A stretch of 64,000 nt of DNA from Auanema rhodensis (lineage: Eukaryota; Animalia; Nematoda). Positions 25,380 through 40,700 of the stretch are shown here, piece by piece (position 1 is the stretch's first letter; every line of letters starts with the position of its first letter). The notes under the pieces are model-generated. The model did not search any database and had not been told where the DNA came from. It was given only the letters and a program-made list of their open reading frames with translations. The position numbers and the translations under genes were made by a program. The DNA lies in the NCBI GenBank assembly GCA_964057225.1, contig OZ059896.1:16678001-16742000 (forward strand), given 5' to 3'.

Positions 25380-27235
25380 ATGAGCGAAAAAGATACGTTA
25401 ATTAATGATAAAAATTCGGAAAATAGTAAAAATAAATTAAAATACTATTCAAATGATAAAGTTGGCTGTATTGCTCGGCGGAAACGTTCTAAATTGCTGA
25501 ACAAGGTTAGTAATTCATAACTGATATCTAATAATAAAATTTTAATATATAGTATATCGAGGAAAAGGAATCTTTAGAAAAGCATTATGAGCTAGATAAG
25601 TTGTTACTGCAAGGTCAGATGCTCGAAGATCCTACGGTATTTCTAATACAATAAAAATTTCAGCATTATTTAAAACTTGAAATGTTTGTAGGAAGAACGT
25701 AGGCCTGATCGAATACTAGCTAAAATTGCCTTAATTCTAAATTGTTTTCTTTTGGTTGTTAATCTAGGTGCATCAGTTATTTCGGGATCTTTAGCTATTA
25801 TCAGGTAAAAAAAGAAATAAAAATGTAAAGAAATCATTATGTATTCTCTGTTATTTAGTACATTTGTTGATGCGTTTATGGATATTACTAGTAGTGCTAT
25901 TATTGCTTTATGTCTTGGACTTATTCATAGAACTAATGCTTATAAATATCCTCGTGGCCGTGCTAAGTAAGCTGACTTGATATTCAATATGATACAACTA
26001 CGATAAAACTTTAGATTAGAAGTAGTGGGAGTTATGTTTTGCTCAGTTATTATGGGTTTCTCTAATATGGTTCTGTTCTTAACAGCTATTCGCAGTATAA
26101 TAGATGGAGGAGGTGTAAGTTGGTATTTGTTTGAGAAGATTTGAAAATTTTTATTTTATTAGGAAGAAGAAGTCAATTTTATTGTTCTTGCCATTATGCT
26201 TGGTGGATCATTTCTTAAAGGAGTCATGATGATCGCATGCTATAAACGAGGAACACCATCTTCTCTTGTAATTAAATCAATTTGAAACAATAATAATCTG
26301 TAAGAATCATATCATAGGTATTAGCTATGGATATGAGAAATGATACTGCAACAGCTCTGGTAGCTACTGCATGTGCCTTCATTGGCGCTAACTATTGGAA
26401 GTACGCTGATCCAGTTGGAGCAATTATTGTCTGGTAAGTGATTGAAACGCAAATGTTCTTCATGAGTATTGAATAACAATTCAGAATTCAATTATTATTA
26501 AGTTAATTATATATATATATATATATATTTCATTTCAGTGGTCTGATATCCATAAGTTGGTTCCGTCATGCTTTAGAGAATGTACCACAATTGGTTGGCA
26601 TACGTGCAGACAAAGAGAACATGAGTCGAATTCTCAAAGTTGCTATTGAACATGATGAAAGAATTAGGTATTTTATGCATAAATTGAGAAATATTCTTGA
26701 AAATACTTTTTTTTCAACTTTTTCTAGTTTTTTTCACTTGTTTTGGTTTTTGGTTCAGAAAAAAAAAGAAAGACAACTGATCATTTAGCTTCAAATATAC
26801 GAAAACATAATCAACCAGGCACGTGTAAAACATGCTCGGTTCATATTTAACCATACAGTAGTCTATTATATTATATTATTTATAATTATAACAATATCTC
26901 TGAAAACCTAATATTAGATTTTTTTTGAGATCGCAAATTTCAGAGGCATTGACTATATTCAAGTATATCATACAGGCGCAACAACAATTGTTGAACTTCA
27001 CATAATAATGGATGAAAATTTACCATTAAAGGTTTGTAAGACTTCTAGTTTTGTTTTTGTTTTGAATTATAAATTATTTTCTATGACATGAAATGAATTT
27101 TTATAATATTTCCAGGTAACTCATGACATATCACATCCATTGGAAAGGAAATTAATGAAACTTCCATTTGTGGAACGTGCTTTTGTACATTGTGATTATC
27201 GTGCTGATGGTGAAGGAGATGATTTTTTAATTTAA
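25380..27235 (+). CDS. Cation diffusion facilitator, Mn-CDF (MTP8-11-like) clade
   Basis: SGSLAIISTFVDAFMD (TM2 DxxxD), YPRGRAKLE, LAMDMRND (TM5 DxxxD), ADPVGAI, and C-terminal VELHIIMDENLPLKVTHDISHPLERKLMKLPFVERAFVHCDY. Confidence 0.92.
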
Positions 27236-27592
27236 AAAATAATACTGGTAATATGAATAATATTGATTAATCCCATTTATTCATTATTGAGATAAGATAC
27301 AACAACTAAATTATACAACAAAAGTATAATTATTTATACAAACAGTTATGTTGTTATAAAAAAAAATTAACTAAATATATAGTAGTATTAGTAGATATTT
27401 ATTATACTAATATAGTAAAGCTTATTTAGTTTGATGCGCCTATGTCTTAGTCTCTAGTCACTAGTACTCGTGTTTCAGATTCTCTATAAACAAAAACAAT
27501 ATTATGATAAGATCATAGTTTATATTTATAGTCAATATAAAGTTAATAAAAATTTCTATTTGGAAACCTTATTGATGATTAAAAAATGAATT

Positions 27593-30500
27593 TCAATCAA
27601 ACCTTGGCGATGTATTGTTATCTGATTCTCTAGGTTGATGATGAGCCATGTGGTCTAATGGTATCACACCTTTCAGGTAAATATGATTCAATGCTTCTCG
27701 TAACTATAATTTTATAGTTATTATAATAATATATTTGAAATATATAGTTATATTGAAGTAAATGATACCTCCTTAACTGATACAACTCCAACAAGACGTC
27801 CACGCTCAGTTACATATGCATGATTCAGAGCAAGCAATGAGAATAGTGTATGAACCTAAAATCATAATATATAACTTATTCTATGTTATATCTACAATTT
27901 ACTTAATCTTATATTATATATTTTTTTCTTTTCACTACAAACCTTGTATAAAGATGTGTTTCTTATCAGTTGGAATGGAGCTGAATCAATTGCAAATTCA
28001 TCCAAATTAATTTTTGTAGCCAGCACAGAAGCTTGATGAGCAAGGTCAGACTATAAAACTATATAATAGTTTGCAATGTAATCAAATATATTTTATAAAA
28101 TGGAAGGACCAAACTACAATTATGTATAATTTTACATCTTCATCCCATCATTTATATTATTATCAAAGTTTTTTTTTGGTTAGATGATAGCATGATTACA
28201 AATTTCATTCTCATCTTCACTCTATAGAATTATTTAAGATCTAAAAATGCTTTTCACTATCAGACTACAAGTCAAAGTATAAGATTCTATGTTTTTTTTG
28301 TTCTTTTCTGTTGAGAAGCTTAAAGTATTTGCTAATACATGATTAAAAATTATGAAATTTCTTCTAAAAAAAACTTTAAAATCTTAAGTAAATCAAATTA
28401 GTTTTTAAGCTGATTTTTCTTTATTCATTTCATATCTACTTTTTTTTCATTTTTTCTTTCTCTCTCCCCCCTCTCTCTCCCTCTTATTTTTATGTCTTAG
28501 ATCTTCTTATGATTTTCTTCCATAGTTGGTGCTTTATACGCGGGTCAACCCTCTGAAGATTTTCTTAACCTTCTTATACACTGCAATTTATCAACATTCT
28601 CTGGGATTCCCCGCATTCTTTTAATCTTTTCAATATAATGCTTGATTACCGCCTCTGGCATTTCTGTTGTAAATGGTAGGGACACAACGTCTTCATGCAG
28701 AGGTGATTGAGCCAACAAAGTATTTCCTCGGTCAGCAATCAGACTTCCTTGCGTCAGATTTCGTTCCATTTGCTCAGTACGTCGTCTGAAACATCAATGA
28801 AATTACATTCTCTTTGTTAGAAATACCTATTCAATGTCATGAATGTTTCACTAACGGATGCTCTCTTCTTACTGAAGGAAGCTCGTTTCCCAAGTTTTTG
28901 ATTCAGAAGGAATGTTAAATATCGTCTACCTACACTACCTAACAGATGCATTGAATCTATAACATTAAAATATACTTATTGAGTTAAGCAAAAAACCTTA
29001 CATCTATCTGTAACAACAGGGAAAGCTCTCAAATTTGGTGCAAGTAACAATAACTCATGTAAATCACGATATGTCATATCACTTGAAATATAAATGACAT
29101 CTCGAACCATAACGTTATCAACTTTCATTGTATGTACACTAAAAGTTAAAACATAAGTTTTAAAAATATTGGCTTTACTATTCAAAACCTGATTCTACTG
29201 GGTGGTAGTTCTGTTAAGTATGGATAATTATTAATTGTAATTAAACTTTCATAAAATGATGGTTGTAAGAAGCTAGCAAGAGCATTTCCAACCATAAGAG
29301 CAATCTAGAATTTGAAATAAAATATTACAAATATTAAATATTACTTACTAATACTGGTAACAAGCCGCATAGTTGGCCGGTAGTCTCACAGACAATCAAA
29401 GCAACAGATAATGATCGAGTAACTGAGCCAGTAAAAGATGCAGCTCCTGAAGATAATTAGATTTCTTTTTGAAATAATATAAATATAATTTTCAATTTTG
29501 TTTGTAATCAACCGCTTCAGATCTGAAATTTCTAAGAAATAAAATATTACATCGTATTCGATGTACGTCAACTTTACGTCAGAGAAGCGTGGGATAATAT
29601 ACAAATTTTTCGACATTAGACCAGAAAACATGCTTTCACCCATTATGTGTAAAGTTTAATTTTATAATTTCAAAAAGCTTTTATTTCAATTTTCCTCCCT
29701 CATTGTTATTTAAACACTCACCGACAACAGCATATAATCCTGGATATATTAAAGGACCACCAAGACCACGAATTCCTTCTGGGAATATATTAGCAACAAA
29801 CTAAAATTTTGAATCTCAAATAAAGTTTTTTTGATACACTTATACTTCTCCTAACAATCGTCCTCCACTGGCTCCAACAACAAATGCTGGAACAAATATA
29901 CCAGCTGGATAATAAAGTGATACGAATAAGGATAGAACTAGGTACTGAAATAATAATTAATGATTGATTAAACTTTAGTTTCATAGGTGTTTCAATCAAT
30001 TAAAGAGATATTTCAATATCCATTATGATATAAGTTTTCTTTGACTAACATATGTTATGCCATATATAGCAACACTGTATAAAGGATTCTCAGTTCCGGT
30101 CGTCCAATGTGACATGATTGTATCTGGACAGCTGATACTGCTATTGCGAATTGAAAAAGTACAGTTTGATATGAAATCAGCCAAGGTCTCACGGAAAACA
30201 TACTATAAGAAAAATATTTTTAATGCTTAAATTAGTTATATGTATAATTATGTAAGATATACATATATGCTTACTCACCTGACCGGCAATGTAACGTCCG
30301 CTCCAGTCTGGGAATGTTAATAATGCAAAAAATCCAGCCATTAATATCGAAAACGCTACAGGACTAAAAACATTCAGATGATGAGGGTCATCTCAAACAA
30401 CTCTGACCGTTTTCCAAAAAATTTCTGATATATTCTATTCTTTTTTCTAAATAAAGCAATTTGACGATGAATCCATATCCATAAAGCTCCAGCGAGGCCG

Positions 30501-31861
30501 GATACAATTCTGAATAAGTAAACAATCTATGTTGCTATGTTTAATCAAAAACACAGTTTTCAATGTGTTTTTTTCCAAACATTACCCTATTACTACGAAA
30601 AGTGGCAATTCCTCAATCACAAAAACTTCATTTGGAAAGCTTGTTTGGTAGTATGCCACAATGGTTCCAACTAAATAAACTTGTAAAGATCAGGAACAAA
30701 ATGTTTTTTTTCTGCCAAAATGCCTCAGAATAATCTGATAAGTAAAAAAACAAGTCGTACCCATATGTGTTGGAACCATGGTATTTATTGCAAATCGGAA
30801 GATTAGAGCAGCACAGGTTGTTGCAAAAAACTGTCTCCAATAATTTTTGACGGCGAAATATTTAGAAGTTGATTCAATTCCGTATAATACCGCTAAATTT
30901 CGAATTATATTTATAAAAATGATTCCGAATCATGTACCTCCTGCAGGAGATGAGAAAGTACAAGCAATTCCTACAGCACATCCTGTGCTTAATAATTCCA
31001 TTTTTCTGCCTTCATTAGTGAAGAAATCATTAAAATGACAGTCCCTGGTTGCTTTACGAAGTAATTCAGCTACTATTGCTCCAATATGTACAAATGGTCC
31101 CTAATGTGAGCCAGATGATAAGAGAATTATTTGTTTGTTAGCAAGGGAAAACCTCTTTTCCGGTCGGCATTCCAGTTCCCAGAGCTATGGTTAAGCCAAC
31201 ACACTTTGCTATCAAAGTACGCAAAGAAAGATAGTTTTTCAATGTAAATCCTTGAATAATTACTTTCATTTCAGGAATACCCGAACCTATAACATGGATG
31301 AATATATACTTATATATCAACAAATAGATTATATTAAGATCACGATTGTCATACCAACTGCCTGTTTTGAAACTAAATAGCAAAAGCCTGATGCCAAGCC
31401 AACAGATGACGAGATGAATGTCACCCAGCACAAGCAAGCAACAGGATCACTGAACTGTTTTCCGAAAAGATAAAACATTTTTCGATCTAAAAATAGACAG
31501 AAAATAAGAAGAAAATTTGAATAATAATGATATTCATCATCAGCTTTTCAGCTTAAAGCCTTACAATGTAAAATATATTCTAAGACTACATCCATAAAAA
31601 TTGAAATGAAGACTGTAATGAGTGCTAGAGCAGCACTCAATATCCAATCCTCGAAGAAAAAATGCATAAAGTTATAATAATGTCCTTAAAGATAAATTAA
31701 TTATTCGAATTAATAGCAATAGAATTACTGTATACGAATTCTAATATGGTTTCTCCGGCTAAACGACGCTCGTCGCTGTAAACACCCCGTTTAGGTTGTG
31801 TTTCAGCTCTTCCATTTTCATAAAGTTCCGGAGAATCTATTATCAAAGTTTCAGATTCCAT
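27593..31861 (-). CDS. ClC chloride channel (ClC-2-like, clh-1..4 group) with CBS domains
   Basis: [64 protein letters not shown] and CBS motif [12 protein letters not shown]. The start is uncertain and extra 5' exons near 32300-32640 are possible. The specific clh paralog was not assigned. Confidence 0.92.
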
Positions 31862-33650
31862 CCTACCTACAAATATTTTTATTTATTAGAATTTGTATAA
31901 AAAGAAAAAGAAAGTATTGAAACATGTATTGGAAAGATCTGTATGTACTTATACAAAAAGGAAAAAAAAAGATATCTGATCGTGCGCAAATTAAAGAGAT
32001 GAAAAATCAAGTTTAGAATTAGAAAAGTTCAGACAGAAATTATAGCAGAAACAAAAATATATATACACCTAATATGATCCTATATTTTGACTACATTAAA
32101 AGAAAAAAATGTAAAAAAAACAATAATTGAAGTGATTAACATTACATAATCGGATCTTTTGTCATGAGAACATAGATAGGTAGTTTCATGTAACTGGTGT
32201 ACATGATAGAAGAGGTGCAAGTTCATTCAATTCAACAAGTGATGTGAATGAGAATTAAAAGAATAGCGATGAGATGAAATTCTTTTTATTTTGGAAAAGG
32301 GACTGATTATCATGTATCACATGAATTCATCACACTATATATGTATGCATGATAGTTGAACTTTTGTCGGTAGTCAACGAACGATGGACAACCAAGCCGA
32401 TGAAAGTGGACGATCATCAACCTGTTTCCTATCAAATAGTTATAAGGAGCTACCGGAAATGATAAAAATAGATTTTGATATATGGAAGTGAACATGACGG
32501 TGATGCTGATGATGATGATGATGGTGAAGGAAAACTTTTTCATTTATATACATATATGTACATATAAGTAGATAGAAGATGCGTATAGATTGTTCATATT
32601 GATAATCTGTGTATATACTTCTTCTCGTACCTCTTCTCATTTGAAAAATTTCCTATTTCATTAATCTTTCATATTATCGGTATAATTTTAAGTATAATAA
32701 CCATATTATAAGCTATCTTGATCTTGACAAAAAAACGTATTTGTATAGAAACTTTGGGTTTTATTGGTTATAAGCTAGAGGAACAAATATTATAATTTCT
32801 ATTTTATATCTTATTTCATGTGACATTTTGAATTAAAATTGTAAACAAATAAACAGAGTATGTAATCTATTTTATTCTATCTATTATTCATTTTCTTTTT
32901 TTTTTATAAAAAAATGACAACTTTCCCGTTTTAAATCGACATGATAGAAGATGCTCGTTGTTGATTTTTCTAGTGTATGAGCATAGAAAAATAATTGAAA
33001 AGGCTAAAAAGTGATCCTAGGAATGCATATAATCGATTTGAAGAAAAATAAAACAAGAATATAACAAGAATATATGAAAAAAAAACAAAATAAAAATGGT
33101 AAATATGATTAATCAATCTAGATGTGTGTAATATACTAATAGAAAACCTTTTTTCAAGTACATGGAGATAGCAATGTTCTGAACGAAAATATCCAAATGA
33201 TTCAGTTGCTTTGGCTATTACCAAAAAGATTCGAAACATTGATGTCATTTGATGTTTCTCGACTCATATTTAGGCCTGACGTTCATCTCAAAAATCGATT
33301 CAGAATCTATCGTTGAAACCATAGAGAGGAGAAAGAACATCCTGTTTCACACTTACATACGCACACATACAGACATACTACATACTATCTTTCAGAAAAT
33401 TGACCTCCAAAATACTAAAAAAGGCAAGAGAAATGATCTATTTGTTAATTTAAAAATAGATATAGATGAGATAAAATAGAGGAAAATTAATTGAATATAT
33501 TTATGAAATATGGAAGTGGGAGAAGGTGGGGGGGGGGGTTGGAGGGGAGATAAGAGAAAGAGGAAGAACTTGAATATGATGATGATAATGATGATGATGA
33601 TTAGGAGAATAATGTTTTTAAATGATAATATTCAATATGATAAAAATAAA

Positions 33651-36600
33651 TTAATGTTGTTCTAGTGTTGGAATATTAACATTAAAATATTTGACAAGAA
33701 TCGTAAATGATGTTATAAGTAAGACAGCTCCAATCAAATCACCAATAGCTGTTAGAATAGGTATGGCGGAGTTATCAGGATCTATACGCATCTTCCACAT
33801 GGCGCGAACGACGAACTGGCAGAGGTAAAGCAAGAATGAAACCTATAACAAATGAATGTTTCAATGATGTTTTAGCCATTCAATCATCATTTTTAATCTT
33901 TTTTTTCAACTTTTTCTGTACTTAATCCAACTTTTTTTGATGAAAATTATTGTTAAACACATATTAATGTTTAATTAATATCAATTAAAGTAAAAAAAAG
34001 AAGCTTACTTGTATCAGACCAACAAGTAAAAAGGCAATACTGAATGATGGACTATTATCAAATCCGCAACCAATTATAAAAATTATAGAAATGAATAAGA
34101 AATTTCCCGGAACTGATATGGCAATTAGTATTCTCGCAGTTATTGAATCCTCATCTGCAAAAATTTTAGTTTTGGTTATAAATTCTAGATAATTTCTCAT
34201 AATCACTTCAATCTATCGATTAATGAATAGTTTTTCAATATATTTTTCAATATTTTATTGTAATAACTTACTATTTTGTACAAAAGCATGCCAAGGACTA
34301 GCATGAACCCATAGGCTACTTGTTTCTTTGGATTTGTTTTTGCGAGCTCGGTGTAGACCTGTACTTATACGGCTAGCTTGCACTCCAACCAAATTTCCAC
34401 CAACGCCTAAAATAATGAAAAAAATGTTTTAAATAAAAAATAATGTTTCAAAATACCGTTTACAAGTGGTTGAAAAGCTGCTATTGGAGGGAATTTATGC
34501 ATCGAAGATTTCAGAACAAAACCACTTCCAAGCGTAATCAGCATAGCTGCTAGAACGGCCCACCAGCCGTGACGTAAAACCTGAAAAACAAATGGTTTTT
34601 AAAGTTTTTAGGAGAAAATGAGCTCAAAAAGCATAAGGCATAGTTTACAAGCAGGGATGCCATACCTCCGAAGCGAATTGATCTTGAGATGCTCGCAAAG
34701 CGCCCACAATAGCAATTCCATAAAATACAATCAGAATTAAGACCAGTAACCATGTATGTGTATGACGAATATCTAGTAAAAATGTGCCGACAAAAAGCTG
34801 AAATATGAATTTCACAAAACGTTTAAGCATATTGAGTGCAAGATGTACCAGAATTCCAAGAGTTACCACATCTCCAAGAGATGCCGCCACGGGTGTAACG
34901 ATGTTATCAGGATTGATCTGCAAAAGAATAAGAAAAAACTAATATGAAACCAAAATATAAGATAAACATGAATACAGAATAAACGATAAAAAAAAAATAT
35001 GTCTGCATAGCATATAGCTAACCTTATATCTTTTTGAGATTATGACAACCATTATCATGACGGTTCCAAGTAAAAATGCGGCAATTGATGCTGTTGATAC
35101 AGATGAGAGCAACAAACAAACAAAATCATCGAAATCGAACTGAAAGAACAATTTTGATTGTAGATGGATATTTCCATTTTCAAGCAAATTATATGAATAT
35201 ACTTTTTTCTCTCCGAACATAGCAGCTGGTAACACGGATATAGATGATACAACAATAGCTTGACATTGGATTAATGCCAAATTAGCTATGGCTACGGAAA
35301 TTTTCTGTGAACTCGTATCCATAAATCCGAGGTTTGCCTTAAAACATATATTGATATGCTTGAGATGTTAATCTATTGGTTTACAAGAGTTGAAAGCCGA
35401 GACCCTAGCGTCATCTCCAGATTTCCTTTTAATCCCAAAAGGGTAGGTACCAATGTGACAACGTCTGGAATTGACGCAAAGAAGCGCATGGTTTCTGCTT
35501 TTTCCAATAAGAGACCAGCAGCAATCAAGCCTAATCCAGCAGCCAAGAAAGGCAATAAAGCCTGAAAAACATTGAAAATTTCAGATAATATAACACAGAA
35601 CCAATACTATATTATGAATGTTAGATGAATAAAAAAAGATACTAAAAATACCTGAAGGAAGAAAGCTGTCTTGGTTTCATTAGCTTCATGTAGCTGCGGT
35701 GGCTTCTTCATTGTCATCTTCTGAATCGTGACAGCGATTGGAGCAAATATCCACGGCTCACTAGGACTATGTGATAATGTTTGATTTTCTGATGATAAAC
35801 AGCTGAAATTAACAATCAGAAACATTGTATTCAGAAGATAAAAACAACACACACACACACACACACACAAACATACGCATACAAGTCAATAGTATATTGA
35901 TAATAAATTGAAATGATGGGAAATTTAATAATCACTGTGATATATTATAGAATATGAATTGATAATTAATAATAATTTTGTTTATTTTTGGCAAACAATC
36001 AAGAATATCCAAGTGCATTTACGTCATCAACATGTCTGATAAGCGGACATTGTGACGACTTAATACGAATAAATCTATAAGAATATCAGAAAAGACATAG
36101 CTTATCGATAATATGAAAGAAAGGATAAACCACAAATTGATCTTGGCCTTGGTATTTTTCAATCAACTTTTAAAAACTTAAGTCTCTATACACATGTCTC
36201 TATACATATCCATCACACGTATTATTCATTTTGAAATTAACATTCAATACATTCAAATGCATATTTGTTCTTTCAGTTTTTCCATATTTCCTATATAAAA
36301 AAACTTTATCTTGCCAACTTTAGTCTCATTACTGAGAAAAAAAAGATCAAAAAATCATAATTTTTATATATAAGAGTAGATAAGACTATTTGACGACAAT
36401 TTTTTTGAATCATAGCTCTATTTTTCTATGTTTGAACATAGAAAATCATCAAAAAAATCAATATGAGAGAAATGAACTATTTGGGCAAGGTTATTCAGTT
36501 CAAATAGAAAATTATTTTGGAAAAATCGATTATAAGTGATTCTTTTCAAAATTTTTATTACGTTTTCAAATGCATTTATTTGCATGATATTGAGGTATAA

Positions 36601-36913
36601 GCTGTTGATTTTTATTGGAACTTAAGTTGTTGCAGCTGATTGAAAGCTAGAAAAAAACCTTTAACGGCTGATGTATAGCATTCATTTCTACATTAATGAT
36701 TTTTCTTTTGTTTGTCATTCAAGGAATTTAATTTCAAAAAAAAAAAAGATTTTTAACGTGAATTACGTGAACGCTCACTGTCTTCATTTGTCAGCTTATT
36801 CCTGTGTTTGAGATTGGCAGAGGCTGGTTGCATTCAACTCACTTGTCGTCTGGTAAGTTGAGGGGAGGAATCTCGATTCCGCTCACAATGATTTTTTGCT
36901 CCGTTGATGTCAT
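33651..36913 (-). CDS. SLC41/MgtE-family divalent cation transporter
   Basis: LLGLKGNLEMTLGSRLST, INPDNIVTPVAASLGD, FQPLVNGVGGNLVGVQASRIST and IDPDNSAIPILTAIGD. The first exon MTSTEQKIIVSGIEIPPLNLPDD (from 36913) is phase-compatible but less certain. Confidence 0.92.
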
Positions 36914-37705
36914 CTTGATTCTGTATAGCCTGATAAAGGAATTATTAATCTTTGCATATATTTATAGTTTATAATATATAATATTATTAATAGAAATATT
37001 TACCTATCAGCAAGCAATATTAATCTATCCCATTTATGTGATTTCGAAAAGCTATTTTCGACACAAAAAGTTCGAAATCTTTTTTGCTGAAAGTATAACA
37101 CATGTCATAAGTATCAAAAAAATAAGAACAAAACCAAAAAAATACTTAAAGTAGTTTGAAAAACGAATAAGAAAAAAATTGCTGAAAAAGCGATGACACA
37201 CGTTTGAAAAGAAAAACATGAAGCCAATCTCAAACAAATTTTAAAGAAACTCATGGTGATATGATTTGGATTAAGAATTCTAATTACAGTGCGATTCAAA
37301 AAAAGAATAAATCGAATACATGAACTTTATGAAATTAAATTTAATATTTTCTTTTTTTTTACTTTCGCTCAATAAAAAAAAATTCTCAATGGACTGTATA
37401 TTATTGAATCAAAAATGAAAATATTCTGTGGGAATGTGTAAATGAAAACTTTGTAAAGATGATGAGTTTGTAAAGATCTTAATTTTAAAAAGCAAATAAG
37501 AGCTCAAGAATTTTTGTCAAGCCAGGATTTTTCAATTTTTTTCCAGTTCGATAGGTGGGAATTTTAAAGATAAAGAAGAGAATTTCTCTAGAAAGACTTG
37601 AATCATCAATCAGTTTGTTCTTTAGTTTATAGAAGAAGTAGTTAGTATGATCACATGTAAGTATATTTTGAACCAAATAATGAGTTGAAATATAGGTTTC
37701 ACTAC

Positions 37706-37763
<58 letters not shown>

Positions 37764-40700
37764 TCTTTCTTTCTCTCTCTCTTTCTCTCTTTCTTATAAA
37801 TGAGTATGAACATGTATCTCATTATTTAAAAATAATTTCACGGTGATATTCGGGATAACCAGATCAACCATAGAAGGAATCCCGAAGTTGCTGGTGAAAC
37901 GAACATCTGATAAAAATCCAAATGAAGCCCGAAATCACGTAAATAATTATAAAAACTATTTTTTGCTTGGTTTATTGAGACAAAAACGTTTATATATAAT
38001 CTATAGTGAAGTATGAAAATAGGAAGAAAATAAAGTGATGAAAAGAGTAACGAGAGGCGAGACTGAAATGAATTTTTCACGGAAACTTTGCCAATTTTTC
38101 ATTAACTTTGCTGAGAACAACGGGATGAAAGGATGAAGTGAGTTGAAGAAAATAAAAAAAAAATAAAGGAATACACATGAAAAAGTCAAAAGGAGAAATG
38201 GAGAAAAGGAAAAATAACGACAAATGCATGGAAAGACAGAAGAAAATGCTGATTGAGTGCAATGTGTGACAGAAGAAAGAATGGTCTTAAAATCTTCTAG
38301 TGGCTTCGGTGTGCTGGATAAGAAGGAGGGGAAAAGTAAAAAAAAGGCTTGTGAAAGTGAATAGAAAAAGGAATAAAAAAAGAAAAAAAGGAAGGAAGGA
38401 AGACGAAGAAGAAGGAAACCTGATGTCGAAAGGAAAATGAGGATGACTGATTTCGAAAAAGTGCGAGAAGCTGCTAGATGAAGAAACATCGAGCTAGACT
38501 GGGAGAGAGGCAGGGCTAGCAAGTGAAGAAGAAGAAAACGGCAATTTTTGGTTCACACGCGATGTTGTAATGGGAACAGACGACACAAGAGCAGGGAGAG
38601 AAGATGAAGAAGATGAAGAAGAGAAAGAGATTCAAATCAGAATCTATCTCGCTCTTCTTCGTCTTGAAGTTCATATCATGGACTCCAAGCGATGCCATAA
38701 TTCTGAAGATTGAATTGTGAGAAGACGATTTGTGGTCAATGGTTGACGAAGAGTTCTCAGAATGGGAGCATGATGAGTTATTCAGGAAAAATGCGTTCAA
38801 ACTCAGTCATCAGGTGATCTGATCTGACTATATAGACTCGTTCGAGCACATGATTAGAAGAAATACAGCAATTTCAGATTGAAAGATGTACATAGATGAG
38901 AATGTAAAAGCAAATCAAAGAATATGGGAATGGAAATGGGAGTTGTGAAGAATGGTCAAAAGAAGAAAAAAACGGAAAATCTAGACGTTTGAAATGATTT
39001 ATAAAGATGATATGAATGCCTTTCGGGTCTTTATCTATTTATCATAGGCAATTATCAATGGTTGAACATTGCCGTTAAGATTGTAATTTTTAATTTTTGA
39101 AGCAAAAACTATCAACAGTGAGTATTTTTACAGAAAATAGGATATAATCTTTGAAGCATTGATGCTTTCATGGGATGACAGAGCATAAAGTGTGAACGGT
39201 TCATCTTACTATCTCCTCCTCTCCATCATTCCTTCTTCCTCTTCTTCTTCTCGTTTTTGTCAATTTTGCTCGTCTTCGCTTGTCATTTTCCAATTGTAAT
39301 CAGAATCAAGAGTCATAAATATGACTCAGTTTCATATTTTATATTCTTGTACCAATTAGAGATTCTATATCAAATGATTTTGACATAAAATCAAAACAAA
39401 ACATATTGGTATTATGACACAAGTATGAGTAAACGATAACAGATTAACTAAGAGACAATATGAAGGTGATATCGCTTGACACAACTAAATAGCAGCTTGA
39501 TGACTGACAGACAGAAACACAGACAGAGCTGAGTATGAAACTCCAAAAACAGACTAACGCCCACGTTGACTTCCTAGCTAGGAGATGGCACAGCTGTCGT
39601 TAGAAAAGAGATTAAACTTGTTTCGAAGCCAACTTGTGAAGCTAATAGATTTGATCTAAAAGGGTGGTGGTTAGAAAGAGAAATAAAAGCCATGAGAATG
39701 GATGTTATGCATCTGCCTTGCATACATGTTGTTTCAAAAAAATGTTGTCTTTTGATCTCTCTCATTCTCCTCTTTTTTCGTTTTTTTCTAATAGTCGTTC
39801 GGGAAAAGGGATCAAAGTGTGAGTACGTGTTGTTTGAACATAATGAATTTTTTTTCATTAAAAATGATCTGAGTCAACGTTTATCCATAATCGTTAGTAA
39901 AATTATATAAATAATAGAATAAAATAATTACTTCTGCAACTGTAATCAGTGTTTTTAAGAAGATTAAGAAATAAAACAAAAAGAGGAGAAGAAAACTGAG
40001 AGATCAAGAGATATAACAAGAGCTCAGCTTGAAAGTGAGAATCAGAAGTACGAGACAGGGAAACAGCTGAGTTGTTGGTGGGAAACGATTTCCCGATACC
40101 TTTTTGATCAAATAGCAACTAAAGATAAAGCAATCATAACTTGTGAATAGATTTCATATTATGCTATTGAATAAAACGCAAATCTTGTGATTGTTGACGA
40201 ACGTATCAAATGTCCAGATGTTTCATACCTCGGAAGTGCTTGTATTCTATTCAATTTCATTGGCTTTGCTGCTATTGCTGCCTCATCATCAGCAGCAACA
40301 ACGTCATGATCATCATCCGCAAAAGCAATAGCAGCATCATCAACATCAGAAAAAAAGAAAAGAAAAAAGTAACGACAAATCAACATAATCAGTGTGCGGA
40401 TGTTCTTCCTTTTGTGAACTTTTCACGCCTGCATGCGTATTCTAATTGATGTTATGCAAACCTTGCAGAGCGGTTGTTCTCAGTTTCAACTTTTATTTTC
40501 TCCAATTATAATTTTTTTTGATTTATTATCGTTTCACAGCGAAATATATAAATAAATGTTTTAGTTTTATCATTCAATTGAATTTCAGCTTTAGGTGAAA
40601 AAAACATAAAAAATAAGAAAAGGGGGTGGATGTTTAAGATTCTTCTCAAAATGTGAAATATAACGAAATTTATATTGAAGTACATGAAGAATGTTTAAGG

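Noticed and set aside
27643-27700. tRNA-like start (GAGCCATGTGGTCTAATGGTA)
   Set aside because: No T-loop or acceptor stem. It is the antisense of the last ClC exon.
33517-33548. G-tract / potential G-quadruplex (another at ~51822-51841)
   Set aside because: Simple homopolymer tracts with no evidence of function from sequence alone.
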